DNA of 63,754 nt, the filler included, from Candidatus Omnitrophota bacterium (lineage in GTDB: Bacteria; Omnitrophota; Gorgyraeia; JAGLLT01), in assembly GCA_023140385.1 (NCBI GenBank). It is 8 parts of 8 records of this genome, joined end to end, with 100 filler letters (N's around TTAATTAATTAA, not from the genome) between each part and the next. Parts side by side here need not be neighbours in the genome. Positions count along the whole stretch, not along the records: positions 25,353 to 51,592 come from JAGLLT010000011.1; 7 more parts are not named here. One strand, 5' to 3'. Below the pieces are notes generated by a model. The model worked only from the letters and a program-made list of their open reading frames with translations. It did no database searches and was not told the DNA's origin. Shown one piece after another: positions 28,932-38,189 of the stretch; positions within the stretch are counted from its first letter, which is position 1; each line of letters opens with the position of its first letter. Both the position numbers and the translations under genes were made by a program.

Positions 28932-30173
28932 ATGAAAGATAGGAATATTGTGATTATAGGCGGGGGGGCGGCCGGGATGATGGCGGCTATCAGGGCTTCG
29001 CGGCTTAAAGGGGATGTTATCCTAATTGAGAAAAATCCGGAGTTGGGTAGGAAGCTTCTTTTGACCGGTAAGGGGCGCTGTAATTTGACCAATGCTTCAG
29101 ATTTGGAGAGTTTTATTGAGTGTTTTTCAGGCAACGGCCGGTTTTTGAGGGATGCTTTTAAGGCTTTTTCTAATTTGGATTTAATGAACTTTTTTGAAGA
29201 TAGGGGAGTAAAGCTAAAGACAGAAAGGCAGCGGCGCGTTTTCCCTGTAAGTGATAAAGCCATAGATATTCTTGATGCTTTAAAAAAAGAGTTAAAGAAA
29301 AATGGGGTTAAAGTACATTATAATTTGGAAGTTGAGAATATCATTATTAAAGATAATAAGGTTAAGGGCATAGAGGTTAAAGGCAAAAAGAATATTTTAT
29401 GTGACGCGATTATTTTAAGTACCGGAGGAGTTTCATACGCTTCTACGGGTTCTTCGGGTGAAGGTTTAAAAATGGCTGAGCGGTTGGGCCATAAGTTAAT
29501 CAGCCTAAGGCCGGGGTTAATTGGGTTGATGACCAAAGATAAGTACCCCCGGCTTTTACAGGGTATGCCTTTAAAAAATATCAGGATAACATTTTCTAAT
29601 GGAAAGAAAAAAGTAACTTCTGAAATAGGGGAGTTTATGTTTACGGACTTTGGAATATCCGGGCCCTTGGTTTTAACTTTGAGCGGGATGGTAGTCGATT
29701 GGCTTAAAGCGGGCAAAAAGGTTTCGGCTTATATTGATTTTAAGCCGGCTTTATCAGAAGAACAAATAGATGCCCGCTTCTTGAGAGAGCTTAAGGTGAA
29801 TCCCAAAAAAAGTATTAAAAATTTTCTTAAGGGTATGCTGCCTCTACGCCTAATAGATGTCTTTTTGGAGATGTCTGATATAAATACCGATAAAACCGCC
29901 GGTCAGGTTACTCAGCGGGAAAGAAGGAAATTGTTATTTTTGTTTAAGGCATTACCCCTTAAGATATCCAGGCCCAGGCCTATTAATATGGCCATGATTA
30001 CTAAAGGGGGCATTTCTTTAAAAGAGATAAATCCTAAAACGATGGAGTCGCGCCGTATAAAAAGGTTATATTTCGCGGGGGAAATTATAGACGTTGACGC
30101 TAATACCGGCGGATTTAATTTGCAGGCCGCCTTTTCAACCGGCTATTTAGCTGGGGAAAGCGCCGCTAAATAA
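28932..30173 (+). CDS. HI0933/YhiN/BaiN-family flavoprotein
   Basis: IIGGGAAGMMAA, GRKLLLTGKGRCNLTN and LYFAGEIIDVDANTGGFNLQAAFSTG. Confidence 0.9.
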   Translation: MKDRNIVIIGGGAAGMMAAIRASRLKGDVILIEKNPELGRKLLLTGKGRCNLTNASDLESFIECFSGNGRFLRDAFKAFSNLDLMNFFEDRGVKLKTERQRRVFPVSDKAIDILDALKKELKKNGVKVHYNLEVENIIIKDNKVKGIEVKGKKNILCDAIILSTGGVSYASTGSSGEGLKMAERLGHKLISLRPGLIGLMTKDKYPRLLQGMPLKNIRITFSNGKKKVTSEIGEFMFTDFGISGPLVLTLSGMVVDWLKAGKKVSAYIDFKPALSEEQIDARFLRELKVNPKKSIKNFLKGMLPLRLIDVFLEMSDINTDKTAGQVTQRERRKLLFLFKALPLKISRPRPINMAMITKGGISLKEINPKTMESRRIKRLYFAGEIIDVDANTGGFNLQAAFSTGYLAGESAAK

Positions 30174-30265
30174 ACCTTGTTATTAAGAGAGCTTTTGTTT
30201 TATTGGCTTAGGGTGTATAATAAGTTTTAAAGATGTCCAAGCAACTAACGGAGGTTGGGATTAGT

Positions 30266-30736
30266 ATGAGTACTGTCTATTTAACCAGGGAAGGTTATGA
30301 GAAGTTGATAAAGGAGTTGGAGCATTTACAGACGGTTAAGCGTAGAGAGTTGTCTAAGAAGATAGGAATAGCCCGGGACCATGGAGATATAAGTGAAAAT
30401 GCTGAATATGACGCCGCCAAAGACGCCCAGGCTTTTAATGAGATGAAGATCGCGAAATTGGAAGATAGCATGGGACGTGTCCGAATTATTGATGATGAAG
30501 ATATTTCTAAAGATGAGGTTTTAATAGGCGCGACGGTTAAGTTAATGAATTTGGATTCCGGAGGAGAGCTCGAATATACTCTGGTATCAGAGTTAGAAGC
30601 GGATTATGATCAAGGGAAGATTTCTGTAACTTCACCGGTGGGAAGCGGCCTATGCGGCTGTAAGGTGAATGAAGTAGCCGAGATTACGGTTCCCGCGGGG
30701 GTTTTAAGATATAAGATATTAAAGATATCAAGATGA
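30266..30736 (+). CDS. greA: Transcription elongation factor GreA
   Basis: LTREGYEKL, ARDHGDISENAEYDAAK and ISVTSPVG; ATG at 30266 after GGAGG. Confidence 0.95.
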   Translation: MSTVYLTREGYEKLIKELEHLQTVKRRELSKKIGIARDHGDISENAEYDAAKDAQAFNEMKIAKLEDSMGRVRIIDDEDISKDEVLIGATVKLMNLDSGGELEYTLVSELEADYDQGKISVTSPVGSGLCGCKVNEVAEITVPAGVLRYKILKISR

Positions 30737-30754
30737 TATAAAAAGGGAAAATAC

Positions 30755-30915
30755 TTGACAAAACAAATTAAGGTGATAAGATGTCAACATAGGAAATGAA
30801 AAAGTCCTTTTAATCCGGCCCGGTGAGGCTGGCAAAGGAGAGTAAAGATGATAGACTGTAATGAAAAAATTACCGGCATAAGGCCTACCCGCGATAACGG
30901 GCAGGTTATTTTTTT
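30755..30915 (+). promoter_or_regulatory. carB promoter and PyrR-type attenuator leader
   Basis: TTGACA (30755) and extended -10 TGATAAGAT; PyrR-binding loop CCTTTTAATCCGGCCCGGTGAGGCTGGCAAAGG (about 30806-30838); terminator GGCCTACCCG..CGGGCAGGTT plus T-run (30882-30915). Confidence 0.78.
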
Positions 30916-30976
30916 GCCTTTTTTTGACGGAAGATATATAAAATAAATAATGAGAAATCACAAAAGGAGAAAATGA

Positions 30977-33900
30977 ATGCCCAAAAGAACCGATATTAAA
31001 AAAATATTAGTTATTAGCTCCGGGCCTATTGTAATCGGCCAGGCATGTGAGTTTGATTACTCGGGAACCCAGGCGTGTAAGGCCCTTAAGGAAGAAGGTT
31101 ATGAGGTCGTCCTGGTGAACTCTAATCCCGCCACCATTATGACCGACCCTCAAATGGCTGACCAAACTTATATTGAACCGCTTACCCTTGAGAATATGGA
31201 GAAGATAATTATCAAGGAAAGGCCGGACGCCCTTCTTCCCAACCTTGGCGGCCAAACAGGGCTTAATCTTTCGGCGGAGCTTAGCAAGAAAGGAATACTG
31301 GATAAATATAAGGTTGAATTAATCGGCGTAACGCAAGATGCTATAGAAAAAGGTGAGGATAGAATAGCCTTTAAAAATACGATGGCCGAACTTGATATTT
31401 CCGTACCTAAAAGTTCGCCTTCACATTCTATAGAGGAAGCGGAAAAAATAGCCCACGAGCTTGGGTACCCCGTAGTCTTAAGGCCGGCTTATACAATGGG
31501 CGGAACCGGTGGAGGCATTGTTTATAACGTAGAAGAGTTACGGGTAATTGCCGCCAGAGGATTATCGGCGAGTCCGATAGGCCAGGTGCTTGTGGAGGAG
31601 TCGGTTTTGGGCTGGGAGGAGCATGAGCTTGAAGTGGTAAGAGACGTCAAGGGTAGTAAGATTACGGTTTGTTATATTGAAAATGTTGATCCTATGGGCG
31701 TGCATACCGGCGACAGTTTTTGCGTGGCGCCGATGCTTACCGTTTCAAAAGAGACACAGAAAAGATACGAAGATATGTCCTACAAAATTGTTGATGCCAT
31801 AGGCGTTTTGGGCGGCTGTAATGTACAATTTGCCTATAATCCCCAGGATTCAAGGATTGTGGTTATTGAAATTAATCCGCGAACCTCGCGGTCTTCAGCT
31901 TTGGCTTCGAAAGCAACGGGTTTTCCCATTGCCCGCATATCGGCAAAGCTGGCTGTGGGTATAACCCTTGATGAGATACCCTATTGGAAAGAAGGGACGC
32001 TTGATAAATATGTTCCGAGTGGAGATTATGTTGTGGTGAAATTCGCCAGGTGGCCTTTTGAAAAGTTTCCCCAGGCTGAAGATAAACTTGGCACGCAGAT
32101 GCAGGCTGTGGGCGAGGTGATGAGCATAGGCAAGAATTTCAAAGAAGCGTTTCAAAAAGCGATAAGGTCACTTGAGATCAAAAGATATGGTCTGGGCGGA
32201 GCCAGGGATTATGCTTCGCTTTCCATTTCTGAGATTAAGGCAAAGTTGGTTAATCCGTCAAGCGAGCGTGTTTTTCTGATGTATGAGGCGCTGGATAAAG
32301 GTATGTCCGTTGATGAACTTTATCAGATGACCAAAATTAATAAATGGTTTATAAGCCAGATGCGGGAGTTGGTAAAATTTGAAGAGGAGATAAAGAGAAG
32401 TTCCGATAAGAAACTATCTACGGATATGCTTATCAAGGCTAAGGAAAATGGGTTTTCGGACAGATACCTTGCCGGATTACTGGGGAGTGAGGAAAAGGAA
32501 ATTCGCGCTCAGCGGCTTGAAGCGGGAAAGGCGGCGGCATATGAGGCGGTGCCGGTAAGCGGCGCGGACGCGGCCTATTACTATTCGACTTATAATAAAG
32601 CCACCAGCCATCAGCCATCAGCCATCAGCCAAAAACAAAAAACAAAGACCAAAAAGAAGGTAATGATTTTAGGGGGAGGGCCTAACCGTATCGGCCAGGG
32701 TATAGAATTTGATTATACTTGTGTCCACGCCGCCTTTACATTGCGCGAGGAAGGGATTGAGTCAATAATGGTTAATTGCAACCCGGAGACCGTTTCTACA
32801 GATTATGATACCTCAACCAAACTTTACTTTGAGCCCCTGACCGTGGAAGATGTGTTAAGTATTTACGAAAAGGAAAAACCCGAGGGCGTAATTGTGCAAT
32901 TTGGAGGACAGACTCCTTTAAATATAGCAAAAGAACTTTCTGAACACGGGGTAAAGATTTTAGGTACGAGCCCCGAGAGCATTCATCTTGCCGAAGATAG
33001 GCAGAAATTTAACAAGATAATACGGGAACTTGGTGTTCCTCAGCCTGAAGGCGGCATTGCTTGTTCCGCGGATGAGGCTTTGGGCGAGGCTAATAAAATA
33101 GGATACCCTTTGATGGTGCGGCCTTCTTTTGTTCTGGGCGGCAGAGGTATGCAGATTGTGTATAATGAACAGATGTTTTTGGACTATGTAAAAACAGCCA
33201 TAGAAGTCAGCCCGGAATACCCGATGTTAATTGATAAATTCCTGGAGCAGGCCGTTGAAGTTGAGGTAGACGCGGTTAGTGACGGGGAGGATGTGTATAT
33301 TCCCAGCGTAATGGAACATATAGAGCTGGCGGGGGTTCATTCGGGGGATAGCGCTTGTGTAATTCCGGCGCGCAATATTTCCAAAGAAAATCTAACTATC
33401 TTAGAGGACTATACAAAAAAAATTGCCAAGGCGCTTAATGTAATCGGCCTTATGAATATTCAGTACGCGATAACTAATGGGAAGGTCTATATTTTAGAAG
33501 CTAACCCCCGCGCTTCACGAACCGTTCCTATAGTAAGTAAGGTTATGGGTATATCAATGGCAAAAATAGCGACGCAGGTTATGATAGGAAAAAAGTTGAA
33601 AGATATAAAGCCGGATAAAAAAGAGATTTCTCATGTTGGCGTAAAGGAAGCCGTGTTTCCCTTTAATATGTTTCCCGCCGTTGATCCTGTTTTGGGGCCT
33701 GAAATGAGAGCCACGGGAGAGGTGATGGGCATTGCTTCTACGCCCGGGCTGGCCTTTTACAAGGCACAGGAAGCCGCGGGTATGAAACTGCCTATTGAAG
33801 GAGCGGTTTTTATCTCAGTAGCGGATAGAGACAAAAAGTACATTCTCGATATCGCGGATAAATTTAATAAGTTAGGTTTTAAGATATACGCGACAAAAGG

Positions 33901-34198
33901 AACCAAAGCCCATCTGGAGAAGGGCGGCATAGAGTCTCAATTGGCGGTAAAGTTTCACGAAGGCCGTCCCAATATCACAGACGATATATATAATGGCTGT
34001 ATACAACTAATAGTTAACACTCCGGTGGGCAGGGAGGGTAAGTACGACGACAGCTATATCAGGAAGGCCGCTATCCAGCATAAGATTCCATATATAACAA
34101 CGATTACCGCGGCTAAAGCGACCATAGAGGGGATAGAGGCGGCGCGTGCCGGCGGCATAGAGATAAAGTCTATTCAGGAATACCACAATCTGGTATAA
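30977..34198 (+). CDS. carB: Carbamoyl-phosphate synthase large subunit
   Basis: MPKRTDIKKIL, GQACEFDYSG, GGGPNRIGQGIEFDY and C-terminal MGS domain. Confidence 0.98.
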   Translation: MPKRTDIKKILVISSGPIVIGQACEFDYSGTQACKALKEEGYEVVLVNSNPATIMTDPQMADQTYIEPLTLENMEKIIIKERPDALLPNLGGQTGLNLSAELSKKGILDKYKVELIGVTQDAIEKGEDRIAFKNTMAELDISVPKSSPSHSIEEAEKIAHELGYPVVLRPAYTMGGTGGGIVYNVEELRVIAARGLSASPIGQVLVEESVLGWEEHELEVVRDVKGSKITVCYIENVDPMGVHTGDSFCVAPMLTVSKETQKRYEDMSYKIVDAIGVLGGCNVQFAYNPQDSRIVVIEINPRTSRSSALASKATGFPIARISAKLAVGITLDEIPYWKEGTLDKYVPSGDYVVVKFARWPFEKFPQAEDKLGTQMQAVGEVMSIGKNFKEAFQKAIRSLEIKRYGLGGARDYASLSISEIKAKLVNPSSERVFLMYEALDKGMSVDELYQMTKINKWFISQMRELVKFEEEIKRSSDKKLSTDMLIKAKENGFSDRYLAGLLGSEEKEIRAQRLEAGKAAAYEAVPVSGADAAYYYSTYNKATSHQPSAISQKQKTKTKKKVMILGGGPNRIGQGIEFDYTCVHAAFTLREEGIESIMVNCNPETVSTDYDTSTKLYFEPLTVEDVLSIYEKEKPEGVIVQFGGQTPLNIAKELSEHGVKILGTSPESIHLAEDRQKFNKIIRELGVPQPEGGIACSADEALGEANKIGYPLMVRPSFVLGGRGMQIVYNEQMFLDYVKTAIEVSPEYPMLIDKFLEQAVEVEVDAVSDGEDVYIPSVMEHIELAGVHSGDSACVIPARNISKENLTILEDYTKKIAKALNVIGLMNIQYAITNGKVYILEANPRASRTVPIVSKVMGISMAKIATQVMIGKKLKDIKPDKKEISHVGVKEAVFPFNMFPAVDPVLGPEMRATGEVMGIASTPGLAFYKAQEAAGMKLPIEGAVFISVADRDKKYILDIADKFNKLGFKIYATKGTKAHLEKGGIESQLAVKFHEGRPNITDDIYNGCIQLIVNTPVGREGKYDDSYIRKAAIQHKIPYITTITAAKATIEGIEAARAGGIEIKSIQEYHNLV
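32598..32632 (+). repeat. In-frame 5 x 7-nt repeat (CAGCCAT) inside carB
   Basis: AAGCCAC CAGCCAT CAGCCAT CAGCCAT CAGCCAA encodes ATSHQPSAISQ. Confidence 0.85.
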
Positions 34199-34219
34199 TA
34201 TGATATAAAAGGATAGAAG

Positions 34220-34909
34220 ATGAAAAAGATAAAAATTCTAGTAGTTGAGGATGATAAGCATATCTCTAAACTCGTTAAGTATAATTTAGAAAAAGCGGGT
34301 TTTGAATGTATAACCGCGACGACCGGCGAAAAGGCTCTGGATGTCCTGGATAAAAGCCCGGTTGATTTGGTTATACTGGATATAATGCTTCCTAAAATGG
34401 ATGGGCTTGAGGTTTGCAGGGAGATAAAGCAGGACAAAAAGCTTTCTGCCGTTCCTGTAATGATGTTGACCGCCAAAGGCGAAGAGGTAGACAGGATTGT
34501 GGGCTTTGAGCTGGGCGCGGATGATTATATGGTCAAGCCGTTTAGCCCGCGGGAGCTGGTCTTGCGGGTGAAGGCGGTCTTAAAGCGCAAAGTAACTCCT
34601 GAAGCTCGAAATGACCTTCTGGCCGCGGGGAAGCTCGTAGTGGATATTGCCCGCCACAAAGTGACGGTTGATAAAAAAGAGATAGAATTGACACCGATGG
34701 AGTTTAAACTTATAGTTACTCTGATAGAGGAAAGAGGCCGGGCGCAATCACGCGATAAATTATTAAATGACGTTTGGGATATAGCCGCTGACGTTACTAC
34801 CCGCACCGTGGACACTCATATTAAGCGCCTCAGGCAGAAACTGGGTAAGGCGGGTAATCTTATTGAGACGGTAAGAGGATTGGGATACAGGTTTAGCGAA
34901 GGGGATTGA
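34220..34909 (+). CDS. phoB: Phosphate regulon response regulator PhoB/PhoP (OmpR family)
   Basis: REC plus winged helix (TRTVDTHIKRLRQKL, ETVRGLGY); upstream of phoR and pst genes. Confidence 0.88.
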   Translation: MKKIKILVVEDDKHISKLVKYNLEKAGFECITATTGEKALDVLDKSPVDLVILDIMLPKMDGLEVCREIKQDKKLSAVPVMMLTAKGEEVDRIVGFELGADDYMVKPFSPRELVLRVKAVLKRKVTPEARNDLLAAGKLVVDIARHKVTVDKKEIELTPMEFKLIVTLIEERGRAQSRDKLLNDVWDIAADVTTRTVDTHIKRLRQKLGKAGNLIETVRGLGYRFSEGD

Positions 34910-34910
34910 T

Positions 34911-36683
34911 GTGAAGGTGTCCATTCATTATAAGATTACCTTTGTCTTTGGGGCAATTATCGCCGTTGTTTTTTTTGGCGTTTATATTTATCTTAATAAC
35001 AATCTGCGGGAAGATACCTACCAACGTATTAGAACTAACCTCTTGAAGCAGGCCTCGCTCACCAAGTTCTTTTTTGAAGAGGATCCGGCAGGAGCGGTTC
35101 GGCATCAGGGCATTGATGAAACAGCCGATAAGATAGGAAAAGAGTTGAGCGCGCGGGTTACCGTTATCGGGTCTGATGGAACTGTTTTGGGCGATTCATC
35201 GCTGGATGAAGGGGCGCTTGGAAGCGCGGAAAATCATCTTTTCCGGCCGGAGGTTCAGCAGGCTTTGCTTACAGGTACAGGTGAAAGCAGGCGTTTTAGT
35301 ACCACCCTTAAAAAAGATATGCTTTATATTGCCCGCGGATTCGGAGAAGGGAAAACCCGCGGCATAATTCGGCTTTCGATGCCTCTTTCTGAGATTGAAT
35401 TGATATCAAGCCGCCTAAAAAAGCTGTTAATCGCCTCTTTTCTGCCGGCTTTTCTTTTAGCTGTTATTATCAGCTTCGCGGCCTCGGCCTTCATAACAAA
35501 ACCAATTAAAAAAATGTCATCTCTGGCCCAAGCTATAGCCGGCGGCGATTTTTCCGAAAGAGTGTTAATTTCAACCAAAGACGAAATGGGAGATCTGGCG
35601 AAAACTTTTAATTATATGTCGGAGCAGATTAGGTTTAGAATAGAAGAGGTTACCCTTAGCAGGTCAAGATTTGAGGCGGTGCTTTTGAGTATGTTTGAAG
35701 GGGTGATGGTAGTTGATATAAAAGGGGCAATCTTGCTGATGAACCAGGCTCTTAAAGATTTTCTGCTTGTTAAAGAAGAGCCTCACGGTAAAAAGCCGCT
35801 TGAAGTAGTGCGCAACATTGAGATACAGGAAATTATTGATAAGGTTTTAAAGATAAAGCAGGGCGTTGAATCACGGGAGATTTCTCTTTTACTACCGGAA
35901 GAAAAGACCTTGCTGTTACACGCGGCGCCGGTTGTCCGCGAGGGCGCGACCGAAGGCGCGGTTTTGGTATTTCATGATATAACGAACTTAAGACGCCTCG
36001 AGAAGATGCGCCAGGATTTTGTGGCTAACGTTTCTCATGAACTGAGAACGCCCATCGCGAGCATCAAGGGTTATGCTGAAACCCTGATAGAAGGCGCCCT
36101 GGATGATAAGGAGAACGCCAGGGATTTTTTAAAGATAATTTATTCTGACTCTGACCGGCTGGCCAAATTAATTGACGATATTTTGGATTTATCCAGAGTA
36201 GAATCAGGCAGGCTCAAAATGACTTTAACGCCCTCTGCTGTTAAGCCGATTATTGAACGGGTTGTGGCTGGCCTAAAAAAGCAGGCTCAAGATAAGTCGG
36301 TTAAAATTAAAATAGATATTCCTCAGGATATACCCCGCGTCTTAGCCGATGAAAATAGAGTTGCCCAGGTTTTATTAAACCTCATAGATAACGCGATAAA
36401 ATATACTGAAAGCAAAGGTGAGGTTATTATATCCGCGGATGAGCAAGGTGAGTTTGTCAGGATAGATGTTTCTGATACGGGAATCGGTATTCCCGAAAAT
36501 GATTTACCACGGCTTTTTGAACGTTTTTATCGTGTAGATAAGGCCCGCTCGCGTGAGTTAGGCGGCACGGGCCTTGGCCTTTCTATTGTCAAGCACATCG
36601 TTCAGGCTCACAACGGCCAGGTTTCTGTCCAAAGTGTACTGGGACAGGGTTCCGCCTTTAGCTTTACCATTCCTAAGGCTTAA
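34911..36683 (+). CDS. phoR: Phosphate regulon sensor kinase PhoR
   Basis: TM-sensor-HAMP-PAS-HisKA (DFVANVSHELRTP)-HATPase (FERFYRVDKARSRELGGTGLGLSIVKH). Confidence 0.9.
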   Translation: MKVSIHYKITFVFGAIIAVVFFGVYIYLNNNLREDTYQRIRTNLLKQASLTKFFFEEDPAGAVRHQGIDETADKIGKELSARVTVIGSDGTVLGDSSLDEGALGSAENHLFRPEVQQALLTGTGESRRFSTTLKKDMLYIARGFGEGKTRGIIRLSMPLSEIELISSRLKKLLIASFLPAFLLAVIISFAASAFITKPIKKMSSLAQAIAGGDFSERVLISTKDEMGDLAKTFNYMSEQIRFRIEEVTLSRSRFEAVLLSMFEGVMVVDIKGAILLMNQALKDFLLVKEEPHGKKPLEVVRNIEIQEIIDKVLKIKQGVESREISLLLPEEKTLLLHAAPVVREGATEGAVLVFHDITNLRRLEKMRQDFVANVSHELRTPIASIKGYAETLIEGALDDKENARDFLKIIYSDSDRLAKLIDDILDLSRVESGRLKMTLTPSAVKPIIERVVAGLKKQAQDKSVKIKIDIPQDIPRVLADENRVAQVLLNLIDNAIKYTESKGEVIISADEQGEFVRIDVSDTGIGIPENDLPRLFERFYRVDKARSRELGGTGLGLSIVKHIVQAHNGQVSVQSVLGQGSAFSFTIPKA

Positions 36684-36800
36684 AAAAATCTCATTATTTG
36701 TAGATTGTAACTATTTAAGCTAAATACGTATCTACTTTAATCAAAGAAGCTGAATATGAAGGTACTCAATTATTTTGACAGTACTATTTTAGGATTTCGC

Positions 36801-36850
36801 TTGACATATATCACTTTTAGTGATAATATTATCACTAAAAGTGATATATG
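36801..36850 (+). promoter_or_regulatory. Promoter with 46-bp perfect palindromic operator for the MNT-HEPN module
   Basis: TTGACA at 36801; CATATATCACTTTTAGTGATAAT|ATTATCACTAAAAGTGATATATG at 36805-36850. Confidence 0.8.
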
Positions 36851-36861
36851 GGGGTTGAAAA

Positions 36862-37479
36862 ATGCAAGATAAAATAATAAAGTTATTCTATGATGACGTA
36901 TACACGCAGTTTACGATAAACGAGATAGCTAGAAAAGTAAACATTTCTTATAGTTATGTATACAGACAAGTCGGAAGATTGAAAGATAAAGAGATTTTAA
37001 TTATTGAACAGCGTTCAAACCGTAAATATTGCAGGCCTAACTATAAAAATCCAGAGGTAAAAACAAGCTTTGTTAAAATATCAAATCAGATAGCGGAAGA
37101 TTTTCTAAGAAAAAGGGACAAGATTTTTTTTGTTGCTGAAAAGCTTCTTTCAGTGCTGCCTAAAAAGACGGATTTTAACTTACTATCTGTTGTTCTATTT
37201 GGGTCTTTGGCTAAAGGGACCGACTTCAAAAAAAGCGATATTGACCTTTTCATCCTTGTTCCTTCAAAAAATAAATATGATGAAATTATTGATATGGAAT
37301 GTGTCGCCTTGTCAAAAGGCTTTGGTGTTGAAATCAATCCTATAGTTTCTGAGCCGACAAATTTATTAACAATGTTGAAAGATAAGGAACATAATGTAGC
37401 CAAGGAGATATTAAAAAATAAAATAATATTGTTTGGCGCGGAAAAATTTTGGGAACTGATATTGGAGGTAATAAAATGA
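36862..37479 (+). CDS. wHTH + minimal nucleotidyltransferase (MNT) antitoxin
   Basis: N-terminal HTH (TINEIARKVNISYSYVY) and LFGSLAKG....SDIDLF MNT signature. Confidence 0.85.
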   Translation: MQDKIIKLFYDDVYTQFTINEIARKVNISYSYVYRQVGRLKDKEILIIEQRSNRKYCRPNYKNPEVKTSFVKISNQIAEDFLRKRDKIFFVAEKLLSVLPKKTDFNLLSVVLFGSLAKGTDFKKSDIDLFILVPSKNKYDEIIDMECVALSKGFGVEINPIVSEPTNLLTMLKDKEHNVAKEILKNKIILFGAEKFWELILEVIK

Positions 37480-38033
37480 GCGATTTGAAGAAAGAAATGC
37501 TAAAAATAAAAGTAAAAGGTTATTTTGACAATGGCGACTTAAGAATAGACCCAACGATTACAGCGTTAGTAAAATATCATGTTGATAAAGCAAGGCATAA
37601 TATCGAAACAGGTTCTTTGCTTATGGAGGTTTCAAAAGATAAAGAGAGCAAGAAAAGACTGAAAGTAAGCGCCGATTACATTGGATATGATTGGACTATA
37701 GGTTGTGGATATTATGCAATGTTTCACGCGGCAACAGCAGCGTTGGCCGCGATAGGAATAAAAGCCCAAAGCCATGAAAGTCTTATTGAGGGATTAGAAT
37801 ATCATTTTGTTTTCAAAGAAAAGGCTATAGAGTCAGAGGACATCGAGAAGATAAAATCCGCAAAAAGGCTTGATGAAAAATATGTTAATAGAATGTGGGC
37901 CACCAAATCTAAAAGAAATACAGCGCAGTATAAGGCCGATTCAGTTATTGCTCAAAAAGATGCTGAAAAGATTTATAGAAACGCAATAGATTTTGTTGAT
38001 ACGATAGAGAGTTTAGTAAGGGGACTAAAATAA
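37476..38033 (+). CDS. HEPN domain protein (UPF0332-like)
   Basis: YYAMFHAATAALA, SHESL and RNTAQY; ATGA-coupled to the MNT gene. Confidence 0.82.
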   Translation: MSDLKKEMLKIKVKGYFDNGDLRIDPTITALVKYHVDKARHNIETGSLLMEVSKDKESKKRLKVSADYIGYDWTIGCGYYAMFHAATAALAAIGIKAQSHESLIEGLEYHFVFKEKAIESEDIEKIKSAKRLDEKYVNRMWATKSKRNTAQYKADSVIAQKDAEKIYRNAIDFVDTIESLVRGLK

Positions 38034-38060
38034 GGTTGTCAGTGATTGTTTCTGACTTTT

Positions 38061-38083
38061 TTTACTTTTACTATTCCTAAGGC
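38061..38083 (+). repeat. Duplicated 3' end of phoR (displaced target sequence)
   Basis: TTTACTTTTACTATTCCTAAGGC is 20/23 identical to 36657-36679 (FTFTIPKA versus FSFTIPKA). Confidence 0.7.
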
Positions 38084-38119
38084 CCAAAAAGCCTCCAACC
38101 TTTAAGATTTTCCTATTTC

Positions 38120-38178
38120 AAAGTTCACAAAAAATTCACTTGTTTGTAATCTTTCCTTCACATCTGAAATGTATACTT
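38120..38178 (+). promoter_or_regulatory. Pho-box-like promoter, copy 1 of a 59-bp duplication
   Basis: TTCACA/TTCACT/GTAAT/TTCACA units at 11-bp period followed by TATACT; 57/59 identical to 39400-39458. Confidence 0.7.
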
Positions 38179-38189
38179 AAAATTGAAAA

